Shown: positions 14,864-26,632, counted from the stretch's first letter. The stretch is 64,000 nucleotides of DNA from Escherichia coli O127:H6 str. E2348/69 (GCF_000026545.1 NC_011601.1), one strand, 5' to 3'. Translations and numbers: made by a program. The notes: generated by a model from the letters alone, not told the origin.

Positions 14864-15226
14864 ATGGCACAACCTGCCGCTATTATTCGTATAAAGAACC
14901 TTCGTTTACGTACGTTTATCGGAATTAAGGAAGAAGAAATTAACAACCGTCAGGATATTGTTATCAATGTGACGATCCACTACCCCGCCGATAAAGCGCG
15001 CACTAGCGAAGATATCAACGATGCGCTGAATTATCGCACCGTAACGAAAAACATTATTCAGCATGTAGAGAATAACCGTTTCTCTTTGCTGGAAAAATTA
15101 ACTCAGGATGTGCTCGATATCGCACGTGAACATCACTGGGTGACGTATGCTGAAGTGGAGATCGATAAACTGCACGCGCTGCGCTACGCCGATTCGGTAT
15201 CCATGACCTTAAGCTGGCAGCGTTAA
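14864..15226 (+). CDS. folX: Dihydroneopterin triphosphate 2'-epimerase
   Basis: 120-aa ORF with FolB/FolX-like fold ([14 protein letters not shown]). Confidence 0.9.
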
Positions 15227-15246
15227 CCGCCATATTGGGAGGCTGC

Positions 15247-16140
15247 ATGAACATAGTGATCACCGGAGGGACGGGATTAATTGGTCGCCATTTGATTCCA
15301 CGTTTGCTGGACCTGGGCCATCAAATCACGGTAGTGACGCGTAACCCGCAGAAAGCCAGTTCCGTTCTCGGCCCTCGGGTGACACTATGGCAAGGGCTTG
15401 CCGAACAAAGCAACCTCAACGGCGTTGATGCGGTAATCAACCTGGCCGGTGAACCGATTGCTGATAAACGCTGGACTCACGAGCAAAAAGAGCGTCTCTG
15501 CCAAAGCCGCTGGAATATCACGCAAAAACTGGTCGATTTGATTAATGCCAGCGACACGCCACCGTCGGTACTCATTTCCGGCTCGGCAACGGGCTATTAT
15601 GGCGACTTAGGTGAAGTGGTGGTTACCGAAGAGGAACCGCCGCATAACGAATTTACCCATAAACTCTGCGCCCGCTGGGAAGAGATTGCCTGTCGGGCGC
15701 AAAGTGACAAAACGCGAGTGTGCCTGCTGCGTACCGGCGTAGTGCTGGCACCAGACGGTGGTATCCTCGGTAAAATGCTGCCGCCATTTCGTTTTGGCCT
15801 GGGCGGGCCGATTGGCTCTGGTCGGCAGTATCTGGCCTGGATTCATATTGATGATATGGTCAACGGTATTCTCTGGCTGCTGGATAAAGAGCTGCGCGGG
15901 CCATTTAATATGGTTTCGCCCTACCCGGTGCGCAATGAACAATTTGCCCATGCACTGGGTCATGCGCTGCATCGCCCGGCCATTTTGCGCGTCCCTGCGA
16001 CCGCCATTCGGTTGTTAATGGGCGAATCTTCAGTTCTGGTATTAGGCGGTCAACGCGCGCTGCCAAAAAAGCTGGAAGAAGCGGGTTTTGCGTTTCGCTG
16101 GTACGATTTAGAAGAGGCGCTGGCGGATGTCGTTCGCTGA
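15247..16140 (+). CDS. yfcH: Epimerase family protein (SDR fold, DUF1731)
   Basis: Rossmann motif [13 protein letters not shown]; start set at this Met (ORF track begins 12 nt upstream). Confidence 0.88.
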   Translation: MNIVITGGTGLIGRHLIPRLLDLGHQITVVTRNPQKASSVLGPRVTLWQGLAEQSNLNGVDAVINLAGEPIADKRWTHEQKERLCQSRWNITQKLVDLINASDTPPSVLISGSATGYYGDLGEVVVTEEEPPHNEFTHKLCARWEEIACRAQSDKTRVCLLRTGVVLAPDGGILGKMLPPFRFGLGGPIGSGRQYLAWIHIDDMVNGILWLLDKELRGPFNMVSPYPVRNEQFAHALGHALHRPAILRVPATAIRLLMGESSVLVLGGQRALPKKLEEAGFAFRWYDLEEALADVVR

Positions 16141-16187
16141 TGTGGTTTACTGCAAACATCCGCCAGTTAACTCCCGGTGTTACAGGG

Positions 16188-17090
16188 TTAGTGGCTTTGC
16201 GCGATAAGATCGTCTGGTGAAAGTCGGGTCACCATCAGAACTAACTCTCGGTCTAAACCTCTCTCCAGCATCTCCTGAGCAATACGCAGGGCTTCTTCGC
16301 GTTTGCCCAGAATTAATCCATCATTCCGCCCTTCTTCACGTAATCTGTCAGCAATAGTCATCAGTTTCTCCTTTTCTTGTGGTGCGCGTTCCGCTATCTC
16401 ACCAATAAATGCACGGAAACGCTGGGCATCCCCCGTTTGTAATACGTAATTAAACAGGGCTTTTAGCTGTCTGTCATTAGTGTTCCCTGTAACTAGCAGC
16501 GAAACAATTTGGTCGACTAATCCCAACAGATCGCGCTGACGAATATGTTTCTGAATTAACTCCAACAGAGCCATTTTGCGATGTTGCATAATCTCGTCAT
16601 CCGGCACCACGGTAATATCCACCAGCGGAAAAGCCGATGAATATATTTTGCGGGCTATAGCAGGCTCGGCAAATTCATCAAGCCAGCAGAGTGAATAAGG
16701 ATAAGGACTTCTGCAACCATGATAAAACAGCATCGGGATCACCAATGGAAGCTCTTTATAGCCTGCATCAAGATGGTTTTGCATCGCCGCAATGGAATAG
16801 CGCATCATGCGAAAAGCCATTAATTCTTCCGGCTTACTTTGGTGCTCTATCACTACATAAATATAACCCGCTCCCTCCTGCGTTTTCACAGACCACAAGA
16901 GGTCGGAATAATATTGCCGCAGGTCTTCATCAATAAAACTGTTTGGTTCCAGTTTAAGCGTTGTTAAATCACACAGTTTGCGCAGCGGCGCGGGAAGATG
17001 AATATCAATAAAATCCCGCGCGGTGTCTGGATGGCGTAAAAAAGATTTAAATACCGCATCATGCGGCGTGGAAGTTGTCGATATTGTCAT
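16188..17090 (-). CDS. rpnB: Recombination-promoting nuclease, transposase-like PD-(D/E)XK family
   Basis: 300-aa [21 protein letters not shown]..., Rpn/YhgA-like family. Confidence 0.85.
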   Translation of the reverse strand: MTISTTSTPHDAVFKSFLRHPDTARDFIDIHLPAPLRKLCDLTTLKLEPNSFIDEDLRQYYSDLLWSVKTQEGAGYIYVVIEHQSKPEELMAFRMMRYSIAAMQNHLDAGYKELPLVIPMLFYHGCRSPYPYSLCWLDEFAEPAIARKIYSSAFPLVDITVVPDDEIMQHRKMALLELIQKHIRQRDLLGLVDQIVSLLVTGNTNDRQLKALFNYVLQTGDAQRFRAFIGEIAERAPQEKEKLMTIADRLREEGRNDGLILGKREEALRIAQEMLERGLDRELVLMVTRLSPDDLIAQSH

Positions 17091-17285
17091 GGCGTTCCGT
17101 CACCCCTCAAATTTAAGATGACGCGACAATAACCACGATTTACACCCAATGCAGCAGGCAGTTTTTATCTTTGGACAGCGAATTCAGAACTATTTTTAGC
17201 GGACTGCAACTTTTACATTTCAGCGGAAGCGGACTCGCAAATTCCCCATGAAATACTCCGGCAGCGTTAGCCACCGGAGAGGAAA

Positions 17286-18059
17286 TTATTTCAGCGATCC
17301 CTTAAGGAACTGTTGCAGACGAGGGCTTTGCGGGTTACCAAATAACTGTTCTGGCGCGCCCTCTTCTTCTATTTTCCCCTGATGGAGGAAAATGACGTGA
17401 GTAGAAACATGGCGAGCAAAGCCCATTTCGTGAGTCACTACCACCATGGTTTTCCCCTCTTCTGCCAATTGCTGCATAATACGTAACACTTCGCCTACCA
17501 GTTCAGGATCGAGCGCCGAGGTAGGTTCATCAAATAGTAAAACTTCCGGTTCCATTGCCAGCGCCCTTGCGATGGAAACACGCTGTTGCTGACCGCCGGA
17601 AAGATGCACCGGATATTTCCCCTGCGCACGTTCGTCTATCCCGACTTTCGCCAGATACTTCACCGCCCGCTCGCGCGCTTCCTGCTTGCTCAGGCCCAAC
17701 ACCTGAATCGGCGCTTCCATGACGTTTTCCAGCACCGTCATATGGCTCCAGAGATTGAAGTGCTGGAATACCATAGTCAGGCGTGTGCGCAGTAAGCGCA
17801 GCTGATTTTTATCGGCGACTTTGAGTTGACCATCTTTGTCGCGCACCAGATTGATCGTCTGGCCATTGACCACGATCGATCCTTCGCTCGGTTTTTCGAG
17901 GAAGTTAATGCAGCGCAGAAAGGTACTTTTCCCCGATCCCGACGATCCGATGATGCTAATTACATCTCCGGCATTCGCTTGCAGTGAAACCCCTTTCAGC
18001 ACTTCGTGTTCGCCGTAGCGTTTGTGCAAATCGATAACGTTTAATTTATTCTCGGACAT
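17286..18059 (-). CDS. hisP: Histidine/lysine/arginine/ornithine ABC transporter ATP-binding protein
   Basis: 257-aa ORF with Walker A (GSSGSGKST) and ABC signature (LSGGQQQR). Confidence 0.96.
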   Translation of the reverse strand: MSENKLNVIDLHKRYGEHEVLKGVSLQANAGDVISIIGSSGSGKSTFLRCINFLEKPSEGSIVVNGQTINLVRDKDGQLKVADKNQLRLLRTRLTMVFQHFNLWSHMTVLENVMEAPIQVLGLSKQEARERAVKYLAKVGIDERAQGKYPVHLSGGQQQRVSIARALAMEPEVLLFDEPTSALDPELVGEVLRIMQQLAEEGKTMVVVTHEMGFARHVSTHVIFLHQGKIEEEGAPEQLFGNPQSPRLQQFLKGSLK

Positions 18060-18066
18060 CGTATTC

Positions 18067-18783
18067 TCAGTGCGTTGAAGAAGGTTTCACATGCTGCAAC
18101 CAGCGTTTTTCAGCTCTACGAAAGAGGCTGATCAGAACATAAGAGATGATTAAATAGAGCACCGCGGCAATGCCGAAAGCGGTAAAAGGTTGATATGTGG
18201 CGGCGTTAATATCGCGGGCAATTTTCAGCAGATCCGGCACCGTGGCAGTAAATGCCAGCGCAGTAGAGTGCAGCATCAGGATCACTTCGTTGCTGTATGC
18301 CGGTAACGCAATACGCAGCGCAGAAGGCAAAATAATGCAGCGATACATTTTAAAGGTCGAGAAGCCATAGGCTCTGGCGGCTTCAATTTCCCCATGCGGC
18401 ACTGAACGGATTGCCCCGGCAAAAATCTCGGTAGTGTAAGCGCAGGTGTTAAGCGTCAGCGCCAGCACGGTACAGTTCAGACCACTGCGAAAAAAGGCAT
18501 TAAGGAACTCGGTTCCCTTAACAATCTCCAGCGTGTACATGCCGGAATAGAACACCAGCAACTGAACATACAGCGGCGTACCGCGAAAAATATAGGTAAA
18601 TAACCAGATTGGAAACTGGATGTATTTATTACTTGAGACGCGACCAATCGCCAGAAACAGCGCCAGAACTCCGCCTATCACTACCGACAAAATCAGCAGC
18701 CACAGGGTGATTGCCACGCCAGTAAAGCGATAACCGTCAGTCCACAGCAGTGGTTTCCAGTATTCATGTAAGATTTCGATCAC
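18067..18783 (-). CDS. hisM: Histidine ABC transporter permease
   Basis: 238-aa membrane ORF; overlaps hisQ stop by 4 nt. Confidence 0.95.
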   Translation of the reverse strand: MIEILHEYWKPLLWTDGYRFTGVAITLWLLILSVVIGGVLALFLAIGRVSSNKYIQFPIWLFTYIFRGTPLYVQLLVFYSGMYTLEIVKGTEFLNAFFRSGLNCTVLALTLNTCAYTTEIFAGAIRSVPHGEIEAARAYGFSTFKMYRCIILPSALRIALPAYSNEVILMLHSTALAFTATVPDLLKIARDINAATYQPFTAFGIAAVLYLIISYVLISLFRRAEKRWLQHVKPSSTH

Positions 18784-19466
18784 AGGTCAGCCCTCTTCAC
18801 ACCCACGGAGTAGCGGCGCTCAAGGAACAGCAGCACACCATTGGAAACGGTGGTGAAAACAAGATAAATCACGCCGCAGACGATAGCGAAATAGAACGGT
18901 TCCCAGGTACTTTTGCCTGCCAGCTGCGTGGCTTTGACCACATCTTCCAGGCCGAGTAACGAAACCAGTGCGGTAGATTTGAGGATCACCTGCCAGTTGT
19001 TGCCAATGCCTGGCAGGGCGTAACGCATCATCGCCGGAAACATGATCCGCCGAAACACTTGCCCACGAGTAAAACCGAACGCCGTCGCCGCCTCTATATG
19101 TCCTTTCGGCACTGCCATAAACGCGCCACGAAACGTTTCGGTAAAATAAGCACCGTAGATAAAACCGAGAGTGATAATACCTGCGACCATCGGATCAATA
19201 TCAATCTGCCCGACGCCCATCGCCTCCGTCACCGTGTTTAGCGCAATCTGCAAACCGTAGAAAATCAGCAGCATCAATACTAAATCCGGCACGCCTCGAA
19301 TCAGCGTGGTGTACCCTTCGAAAATAAGGCCCGAAAGCCGATTTTGTGAGAGCTTACCGCCAGCGCCAATTAAACCGATGATTACAGCGAGCACTACAGA
19401 GCTGATAGCCAGCTCCAGCGTGACGAGCGCACCCTGTAAAATAACACCTGAAAACCCATACAACAT
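18780..19466 (-). CDS. hisQ: Histidine ABC transporter permease
   Basis: 228-aa membrane ORF in operon order hisJ-hisQ-hisM-hisP. Confidence 0.95.
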   Translation of the reverse strand: MLYGFSGVILQGALVTLELAISSVVLAVIIGLIGAGGKLSQNRLSGLIFEGYTTLIRGVPDLVLMLLIFYGLQIALNTVTEAMGVGQIDIDPMVAGIITLGFIYGAYFTETFRGAFMAVPKGHIEAATAFGFTRGQVFRRIMFPAMMRYALPGIGNNWQVILKSTALVSLLGLEDVVKATQLAGKSTWEPFYFAIVCGVIYLVFTTVSNGVLLFLERRYSVGVKRADL

Positions 19467-19555
19467 GCTGCCTGTCCTGTCGTGTGTGGTGAATTACCGC
19501 CTCTTGTCTCCCTCCGGATACCCGAAGGGAGCGGGCTTTCTTTCACCGATGGCGA

Positions 19556-20338
19556 TTAACCACCATAAACATCAAAATCGAAGTACTTTTTCGCTAATTT
19601 CTCGTAAGTACCGTCAGCGCGCATTTCGGCAAAGGCTTTGTTCAGTGCCTCGCGCAGTTCGTTATCTTCTTTACGCAGGCCCATGCCGGTCCCTACGCCA
19701 AACAGTTTTTCATCTTTAACAGACGGGCCACCGAATTTGTAATCTTTCCCGACGGGCTGTTTGAGGAAACCTTCGCTGGCGGCAACTTCGTCCTGGAACG
19801 CGGCATCAATACGCCCGGCGGTCAGGTCAGAATAAATGTTGTCCTGCCCCTGATAAGAGACGATTTCAATGCCTTTTGGCGCCCAGTGCTCGTTACCAAA
19901 TGTCTCCTGGGTCGTGCCCTGCAATACGCCCACCCGCTTGCCTTTCAGCGATTCTACTGTCGGCTGAATGTCGGAATTTTTCGCCACCACCAGGCGAGAA
20001 TCGGCGGCGTACAATTTGTCGGTGAAGGCTATTTCCTGCTGACGTTTTTCCGTAATGGAAAGCGATGACATGATGGCGTCAATCTTCTTCGCTTTTAAGG
20101 ACGGGATTAACGCATCCAGTGGGTTTTCGACAAACGTACATTGCGTATTGATGCGTTTGCACAACTCCTTCGCCAGGTCGATATCAAAGCCAACTAATTC
20201 ACCTTGTGAATTTTTTGATTCAAATGGCGCATAGGTCGGATCGGTACCGATGCGGATGTTTTGCGGAATCGCAGCAAATGCCGCAGTTGCGCTGGAGAAG
20301 GCCAGAACCAGAGAGAGCGATAGCACCAGTTTTTTCAT
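19556..20338 (-). CDS. hisJ: Histidine-binding periplasmic protein
   Basis: 260-aa ORF with signal peptide; paralogue of the upstream argT. Confidence 0.95.
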   Translation of the reverse strand: MKKLVLSLSLVLAFSSATAAFAAIPQNIRIGTDPTYAPFESKNSQGELVGFDIDLAKELCKRINTQCTFVENPLDALIPSLKAKKIDAIMSSLSITEKRQQEIAFTDKLYAADSRLVVAKNSDIQPTVESLKGKRVGVLQGTTQETFGNEHWAPKGIEIVSYQGQDNIYSDLTAGRIDAAFQDEVAASEGFLKQPVGKDYKFGGPSVKDEKLFGVGTGMGLRKEDNELREALNKAFAEMRADGTYEKLAKKYFDFDVYGG

Positions 20339-20558
20339 AATGTCCTCAACTGACAGTCTTTTTATCGGGAATATTTACAGGTTTGTTACACTTATCGTGC
20401 CATAAAATTGACCATCAAGGCAAAATATCCCGCCCCGCTAGACGTATTATTTTTCATTAAAAATGCTTAAGTATGCATTTCAATGCACCACGATAGTGCA
20501 ACAAACCTGGCGTGCACCATGATGATCATTCCATCAGGTACAGCTTCCCTGCGACGTA

Positions 20559-21341
20559 TCAGTCACCGTAGACATTAAAGTCGAAATACTTTTTCGCCAT
20601 CTTGTCGTAGGTGCCGTCCTGACGCAGCTCGTTAAGCGCCTTATTGAAGGCCGCCGTCAGTTCAGCATCATCTTTACGCAGCCCTACACCGGTGCCGTCA
20701 CCGAAGTATTTTTTGTCTTTCACTGATGGGCCTGCAAAGGCGAAATCTTTACCGGCGGGTTGCTTAAGGAAACCTTCGCTGGCAGCAACTTCATCTTGTA
20801 ACGCAGCATCCAGACGTCCTGCAGCCAGATCGGAATAGACTAAATCCTGGTTGGCATAGGCCACCACATCCACGCCTTTGCTACGCCAGGTCTCGTTAGC
20901 GTATGCTTCCTGGGTTGATCCCTGCAGCACACCAACATGTTTACCTTTCAGTGAATCCAGCGTTGGCTGAATCGGTGAACCTTTGGCGGCAATCAAACGA
21001 GAATCTGCGGCGTACAGCTTGTCAGAGAAGGCTATCTCCTGCTGACGTTTATCGGTAATGGAGAGCGACGAAATAATGGCGTCGATTTTTTTCGCTTTCA
21101 GTGAGGGGATCAGCGCGTCAAAGTCACTGGCAACCCAGGTACATTTCACCTGCATCCGTTTGCACATCTCGTTACCGAGATCGATATCAAAGCCAACAAA
21201 GTCACCTTTAGCATCTTTCGATGAGAACGGTGCGTAGGTGGTATCGGTTCCGATACGTACCGTCTCCGGTAGCGCCGCATAGCTGGAAGCCGCTGCGGAG
21301 AGACCGACTAACAAAGACAGAGCGAGAATCGACTTCTTCAT
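20559..21341 (-). CDS. argT: Lysine/arginine/ornithine-binding periplasmic protein
   Basis: 260-aa ORF, highly similar to HisJ. Confidence 0.95.
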   Translation of the reverse strand: MKKSILALSLLVGLSAAASSYAALPETVRIGTDTTYAPFSSKDAKGDFVGFDIDLGNEMCKRMQVKCTWVASDFDALIPSLKAKKIDAIISSLSITDKRQQEIAFSDKLYAADSRLIAAKGSPIQPTLDSLKGKHVGVLQGSTQEAYANETWRSKGVDVVAYANQDLVYSDLAAGRLDAALQDEVAASEGFLKQPAGKDFAFAGPSVKDKKYFGDGTGVGLRKDDAELTAAFNKALNELRQDGTYDKMAKKYFDFNVYGD

Positions 21342-21399
21342 ACATAACCCTCAAGTGAAAATGGCTTTTTTATGTTGTGTATTGTGTTGTGTGTTTGCA

Positions 21400-21415
21400 G
21401 GCTCTTTCATGCAGG
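21400..21415 (-). promoter_or_regulatory. Candidate sigma-54 (-24/-12) promoter for argT
   Basis: Minus strand reads TGGCATaagaccTGCA (GG-N10-GC spacing) about 60 nt upstream of the argT start. Confidence 0.5.
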
Positions 21416-21606
21416 TCTTATGCCATCTTGACGACAGCAGTAACATTCAACGTTAAACATGTTAATAATACGTTGCATTATTGTCCTAAAGTTGAAGATA
21501 GCAGGTATAGCGGTTGAATCGCAGCGTTTCGATTGAATGGCAGAAACAAAATGTCGAGGATTTGATCGCGGTTGCAAAATTGCCCTGAAACAGGGCAACA
21601 GCGGAG

Positions 21607-22176
21607 TTATGCGCCCTGCCAGCGGGCAAAGAGATCTTCAGGAAGGGTTACCGCAAACTGGTCAAGAACACGATTAACCGTCTGATTTATCACATCATCA
21701 AGGGATTGTGGGCGATGATAAAACGCCGGAACGGGAGGCATAATCACCGCACCGATTTCTGCCGCCTGAGTCATTAAACGCAGATGGCCTAAGTGCAGTG
21801 GCGTTTCACGCACGCAGAGCACCAACGGGCGACGCTCTTTCAGCACCACATCTGCCGCACGGGTCAGTAAGCCATCAGTATAGCTATGGACAATGCCGGA
21901 CAGGGTTTTGATTGAACAGGGTAAAATCACCATCCCCAACGTCTGGAAAGAACCGGAAGAAATGCTGGCAGCAATATCGCGCGCATCGTGTGTCACATCA
22001 GCTAACGCCTGCACTTCGCGCAGGGAAAAATCCGTTTCGAGGGATAAGGTCTGGCGCGCCGCCTGGCTCATTACCAGATGCGTTTCGATATCTGTGACAT
22101 CGCGCAGAACCTGTAATAAACGCACGCCATAAATCGCGCCGCTGGCACCGCTGATGCCTACAATGAGTCGTTTCAT
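21607..22176 (-). CDS. ubiX: Flavin prenyltransferase
   Basis: 189-aa ORF MKRLIVGISGASGAIYGVRLL. Confidence 0.95.
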   Translation of the reverse strand: MKRLIVGISGASGAIYGVRLLQVLRDVTDIETHLVMSQAARQTLSLETDFSLREVQALADVTHDARDIAASISSGSFQTLGMVILPCSIKTLSGIVHSYTDGLLTRAADVVLKERRPLVLCVRETPLHLGHLRLMTQAAEIGAVIMPPVPAFYHRPQSLDDVINQTVNRVLDQFAVTLPEDLFARWQGA

Positions 22177-22270
22177 AAATAGTTGCCCTGTCAGACTTGC
22201 AGGCAGACTTTGCAGGATTTCGGCGGGAGTTGCAAGTCAGGGTGCCAGACCGGCACCCTGAGCGAAGGCA

Positions 22271-23788
22271 TCATCCTTCGTTATGCATTTCGAGATTTTC
22301 CACTTCGTTCTGACGTTGCACTGCTTTGGCGTCGTCATTACGTAAAGTATCGAGGAAATCGAGGTAGCCCTGATCAACGTCTTTGGTGACGTAGACGCCG
22401 TTGAATACCGAGCATTCAAACTGCTGGATATCCGGGTTTTCAGCGCGAACGGCTTCGATCAGATCGTTCAGATCCTGGAAAATCAACCCGTCAGCACCGA
22501 TGATCTGGCGAATTTCATCTACTTCGCGACCGTGAGCGATCAGTTCCGTGGCGCTCGGCATATCGATACCGTAAACGTTCGGGAAGCGAATTTCCGGTGC
22601 CGCAGAAGCGAGGTACACTTTCTTCGCTCCGGCTTCGCGTGCCATCTCGATAATCTGCTCAGAAGTGGTGCCACGGACGATGGAGTCGTCGACCAGCAGG
22701 ACGTTTTTATCGCGGAACTCGGCGCGGTTGGCGTTCAGTTTACGGCGCACGGACTTACGACGCAGCTGCTGACCCGGCATGATGAAGGTACGGCCAACAT
22801 AGCGGTTTTTAACGAAGCCCTGGCGGTACGGTTTGCCCAGAATACGCGCAATTTCCAGCGCGATATCACACGAGGTTTCCGGAATAGGGATCACCACGTC
22901 GATATCCAGATCTTCCCATTCGCGGGCAATTTTCTCGCCCAGTTTGGTGCCCATATTCACGCGCGCGCTGTAAACGGAAATTTTGTCGATGAACGAGTCC
23001 GGGCGGGCAAAGTATACATACTCAAACAGGCACGGATTGCTGACCGGATTGTCAGCACATTGACGGGTAAACAACTGCCCTTCTTCAGTGATGTAAATCG
23101 CTTCGCCAGGCGCGACGTCACGCAGGAAATCAAAGCCCAGCGTATCGAGCGCAACACTTTCGGAAGCGACCATATATTCTGTGCGGTTCTCGTCAATATC
23201 ACGTTTTCCCAGTACCAGCGGACGAATCCCGTTAGGATCGCGGAAAGCAACCATACCGTGGCCGATGATCATCGCCACACAGGCATACGCGCCGCGGATT
23301 AAGCGGTTTGTAGCAGCGATGGCGGCGAAAATGTTGTCGGCTTCCAGCGGGTAGTGGCGGAAGTTGTCCAGCTCGCTGGCGAAGATATTAAGCAGAATTT
23401 CCGAGTCGGAAGTGGTGTTGATGTGGCGGCGTTTTTCTTCAAACAGTTTTTTACGCAACTCGTGAGCGTTGGTCAGATTACCGTTGTGGGCAAGCGTAAT
23501 GCCATACGGGGAGTTAACGTAAAACGGCTGCGCTTCAGAGGCGCTGGAGCTGCCAGCCGTGGGGTAACGCACATGACCAATGCCCATATTGCCCTGCAAA
23601 CGCTGCATATGGCGAGCTTCAAATACATCGCTCACCAGCCCGTTCGCTTTCCGCAAACGGAAGCAGTTATTGGCATCTATGGTGATGATGCCGGCGGCAT
23701 CCTGACCGCGATGCTGAAGCACCGTTAAGGCATCATAAATCGACTGGTTAACCGGCATAACACCGGCGATACCGACAATACCGCACAT
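22271..23788 (-). CDS. purF: Amidophosphoribosyltransferase
   Basis: 505-aa [12 protein letters not shown]..., N-terminal Cys glutamine amidotransferase. Confidence 0.97.
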   Translation of the reverse strand: MCGIVGIAGVMPVNQSIYDALTVLQHRGQDAAGIITIDANNCFRLRKANGLVSDVFEARHMQRLQGNMGIGHVRYPTAGSSSASEAQPFYVNSPYGITLAHNGNLTNAHELRKKLFEEKRRHINTTSDSEILLNIFASELDNFRHYPLEADNIFAAIAATNRLIRGAYACVAMIIGHGMVAFRDPNGIRPLVLGKRDIDENRTEYMVASESVALDTLGFDFLRDVAPGEAIYITEEGQLFTRQCADNPVSNPCLFEYVYFARPDSFIDKISVYSARVNMGTKLGEKIAREWEDLDIDVVIPIPETSCDIALEIARILGKPYRQGFVKNRYVGRTFIMPGQQLRRKSVRRKLNANRAEFRDKNVLLVDDSIVRGTTSEQIIEMAREAGAKKVYLASAAPEIRFPNVYGIDMPSATELIAHGREVDEIRQIIGADGLIFQDLNDLIEAVRAENPDIQQFECSVFNGVYVTKDVDQGYLDFLDTLRNDDAKAVQRQNEVENLEMHNEG

Positions 23789-23824
23789 ACGTCTTTTTCC
23801 TCGTTAAGCCACATCTCAGAGCAC

Positions 23825-24313
23825 TTACGCTCTGGGCAAGAAACTTGACGAGCTTTGCAGATAATCAAAAAACCATCTGATGATAAAACTGAACTGCGGG
23901 ATCAGCTGTGATTTGCTCCAGTCTTCGCTTTTCGACACCCCGGTAAAGGAGTCGAGAAAGAAGAGAATGGCAGCAACAATCAACACACCGCGCAACGCAC
24001 CGAAACAGACGCCCAACACCCGATCGGTGCCTGACAACCCCGTTTTCTCCACCAACTGGCCTATCACGAAGTTCACGATAGCACCAACGATCAGGGTAGC
24101 GATAAACAGTACCGCGATGGCAATCCCATTTCGAACCAGTTCGTCTTCAAAGCCCGTAAACCAGACTGACAGGTAAGTGTAGTAATGACTGGCAACAAAG
24201 AAAGCACAACCCCATGTCACCAGCGATAACGCTTCACGAACAAAGCCGCGGATCAGGCTAACCAGAGAGGAAAAAGCAATCACCGCGATTATGGCGTAAT
24301 CAATCCAGACCAT
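23825..24313 (-). CDS. cvpA: Colicin V production membrane protein
   Basis: 162-aa membrane ORF MVWIDYAIIAVIAFS. Confidence 0.92.
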   Translation of the reverse strand: MVWIDYAIIAVIAFSSLVSLIRGFVREALSLVTWGCAFFVASHYYTYLSVWFTGFEDELVRNGIAIAVLFIATLIVGAIVNFVIGQLVEKTGLSGTDRVLGVCFGALRGVLIVAAILFFLDSFTGVSKSEDWSKSQLIPQFSFIIRWFFDYLQSSSSFLPRA

Positions 24314-24477
24314 ATGTGTCCCACGATTTTACGCCCTGTCATCCTGTTCGGGGCGCATTCTAACAGAAAAAGAAAACGTTTGCGTAGGGATTTCCTTCCC
24401 GCGCATCAATAAAAATGGCGCTGAAAAAATATTCAACGCCATCGACTTTTTATGCCTTTGCGGCATCGGGCAATGCG

Positions 24478-24640
24478 TGTCGGATGCGGCGCGGGGCTGC
24501 TCCAGCGTAGGCCTGATAAGACACGCCAGTGTCGCATCAGGCAACGACTGTCGGATGCGGTGTAAACGCCTTATCCGACCTACGGGGCTACCCCTGCACA
24601 GGCCTGATAAGATGCGCCAGCGTCGCATCAGGCAAGACCG
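24478..24640. repeat. Cluster of REP elements (BIME)
   Basis: Several copies of gcctgataagacgc / gtcgcatcaggc / cggatgcggcgtaaacgccttatccgacctac motifs in alternating orientation. Confidence 0.8.
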
Positions 24641-24642
24641 TA

Positions 24643-25305
24643 TTAATTCGGTGTATAGCCCATTACCACGCCACTTAAGCCAGAAAGCTGCTTGAGCTCA
24701 CCCAGCGATCCTTTCAGCTTCTCTTTGGAAGCATCCGGCCCAACCAGAATACGGGTAATTTTACCCTGCACTGGCGTGGATGGCGACGTATAAACCCGAT
24801 AACCGGCACCGCGCAGCTTACCGACAATCTCATTCACTTTATCGGCATTTTTCAGCGCGCCCAGTTGCACAACATAAGCTTTCCCCGTTGGCGCTGCTTT
24901 TTCTTCCACGACCGGCTTCGGTTCTGGCTTCGGCGCAGGTGGTGCTTCAACCTTTGGCTTAAGCGGCTCCACCGGTTTCGGCTTCGGTGGGGCGACCGGT
25001 GCAGGTTCCGGTTCAAACTCGGTGTTATTGGCTGCAATAGTGGCCGGATCGAGCGACGGTGCTGCGGCATCACCTGCCCGTACCTCTTCCGCTGCGCCTT
25101 CCGGCGGCTGCGTCGGCAACGCCTGGGTGGCGGCTGGCATCATATCAGGCTCATCGCGATCGCCCGCTTTTGGCACCAGCGGGATAGCCGCGAACTCATC
25201 CTGATAATGTTTTTTCTGCCCGTCCAGCAGCCCTGGAAGTACAATCACCCCCAGCGCTACCAGCACGATCGTGCCCACTAACCGATTCTGAAACTTACTT
25301 GCCAC
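24643..25305 (-). CDS. dedD: Cell division protein DedD (SPOR domain)
   Basis: Pro/Ala/Lys-rich linker and C-terminal SPOR domain; probable GTG start at 25305 (ORF track extends 18 nt upstream). Confidence 0.88.
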   Translation of the reverse strand: MASKFQNRLVGTIVLVALGVIVLPGLLDGQKKHYQDEFAAIPLVPKAGDRDEPDMMPAATQALPTQPPEGAAEEVRAGDAAAPSLDPATIAANNTEFEPEPAPVAPPKPKPVEPLKPKVEAPPAPKPEPKPVVEEKAAPTGKAYVVQLGALKNADKVNEIVGKLRGAGYRVYTSPSTPVQGKITRILVGPDASKEKLKGSLGELKQLSGLSGVVMGYTPN

Positions 25306-26563
25306 CGCTTCTCCTCGCGTCAATCACTTCCATGACATGTGCGACCGTGTGGAACGAACCACACACCAGCACGGTGTCTTCCGCTTTAGCGTCCGCCATT
25401 GCGGCATCCCATGCCTGCGCAACGCTATCAAATGATTTGCCGTTACCCAAATGCTCAAGCAGTTGTTCTGCCGTGGCACCGCGCGGCCCTTCCAGTGGCG
25501 CACAATACCAGTCATCAACCACGCTTTTCAACCAGGCCAGAGTTCCGGCAATATCTTTATCATGTAGCATACCGATAACCGCCAGCACGCGCCCGTTTTT
25601 CGGTAGCGCTTTCATACGCCCGGTGAGATATTCCGCCGCATGTGGATTATGCGCGACATCAAAAATAACGCGTGGCGACTCGCTCACAATCTGGAAACGT
25701 CCCGGCAAAATTGCGCTGGCAATTCCGTCGCGAATGGCATTTTCACTGACCTCCAGCCCGCTGGCACGCAGTGCCGCCAGCGCCGTTGCGGCATTCGGTT
25801 GCGGGACAAGCGGCAACGGCAGATTTTCCAGCGTGCCGTGAGCATCGCTAAACGTCCAGTCATGATCGGTGACGGAATAGTTCCACTCAACGCCCCGACG
25901 TTGGAGCAGTGCACCTTTTTCCTGCGCCACATCAGCAATGGTAGAAGGCATCTCCGGCTCACCGACAATTGCCGGTTTTTCGCTGCGAAAGATACCTGCT
26001 TTCTCGCGACCAATACTTTCGCGATCTGGCCCCAGCCAGTCGGTATGATCCAGCGCAATACTGGTTACTACCGCGACATCGGCATCGACAATATTGGTTG
26101 CGTCCAGACGACCGCCCAGCCCTACTTCCAGAATCACTACGTCAAGTTGTGCCTGCTTGAACAGCCACAACGCCGAGAGCGTACCGTACTCGAAATAGGT
26201 CAGGGAAATATCACCGCGTGCCGATTCAATCTCCGCAAAAGAAGCGGTGTGGGCCGATTCCGGCAATTCCTGACCCTGCACACGTACGCGCTCGGTATAA
26301 CGCACCAGATGCGGCGAACTGTAGACGCCCACTTTGTACCCTGCCGCCATCAGAATCGACTCCAGCGTACGGCAGGTGGTGCCTTTGCCATTAGTACCCG
26401 CAACGGTAAACACAAATGGCGCTGGTTTCAGAACGCCAAGACGCGCCGCGACCTGGCTCACGCGCTCAAGGCCGAGATCGATAGTTTTACTGTGCAGGTT
26501 TTCCAGATAAGAAAGCCACGAAGCCAGAGGCGACGCGGCTTGAGGAGTGCGTTTGATAATCAT
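25295..26563 (-). CDS. folC: Dihydrofolate synthase / folylpolyglutamate synthase
   Basis: 422-aa ORF MIIKRTPQAASPLASWLSYLENLH... Confidence 0.95.
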   Translation of the reverse strand: MIIKRTPQAASPLASWLSYLENLHSKTIDLGLERVSQVAARLGVLKPAPFVFTVAGTNGKGTTCRTLESILMAAGYKVGVYSSPHLVRYTERVRVQGQELPESAHTASFAEIESARGDISLTYFEYGTLSALWLFKQAQLDVVILEVGLGGRLDATNIVDADVAVVTSIALDHTDWLGPDRESIGREKAGIFRSEKPAIVGEPEMPSTIADVAQEKGALLQRRGVEWNYSVTDHDWTFSDAHGTLENLPLPLVPQPNAATALAALRASGLEVSENAIRDGIASAILPGRFQIVSESPRVIFDVAHNPHAAEYLTGRMKALPKNGRVLAVIGMLHDKDIAGTLAWLKSVVDDWYCAPLEGPRGATAEQLLEHLGNGKSFDSVAQAWDAAMADAKAEDTVLVCGSFHTVAHVMEVIDARRSGGK

Positions 26564-26632
26564 GGTATCCGCTGATTCGTTACGGTGAGAATAGCAAAAG
26601 GGCAGAGCCAGTGGCCCTGCCCTTATCAGTTA

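Noticed and set aside
20381-20440. A sigma-54 promoter for hisJ (TGGCACGataaGTGTA on the minus strand)
   Set aside because: The -12 element has GT instead of the near-invariant GC; too weak to call.
22532-23302. 256-aa plus-strand ORF inside purF, and similar antisense ORFs inside folC (25299-26575), accD (26730-27395), fabB (34228-35136), mepA/aroC/prmB (39589-42112) and the tail genes (61330-62013)
   Set aside because: All lie opposite strongly supported genes, have no independent start signals and have atypical composition. Treated as spurious.
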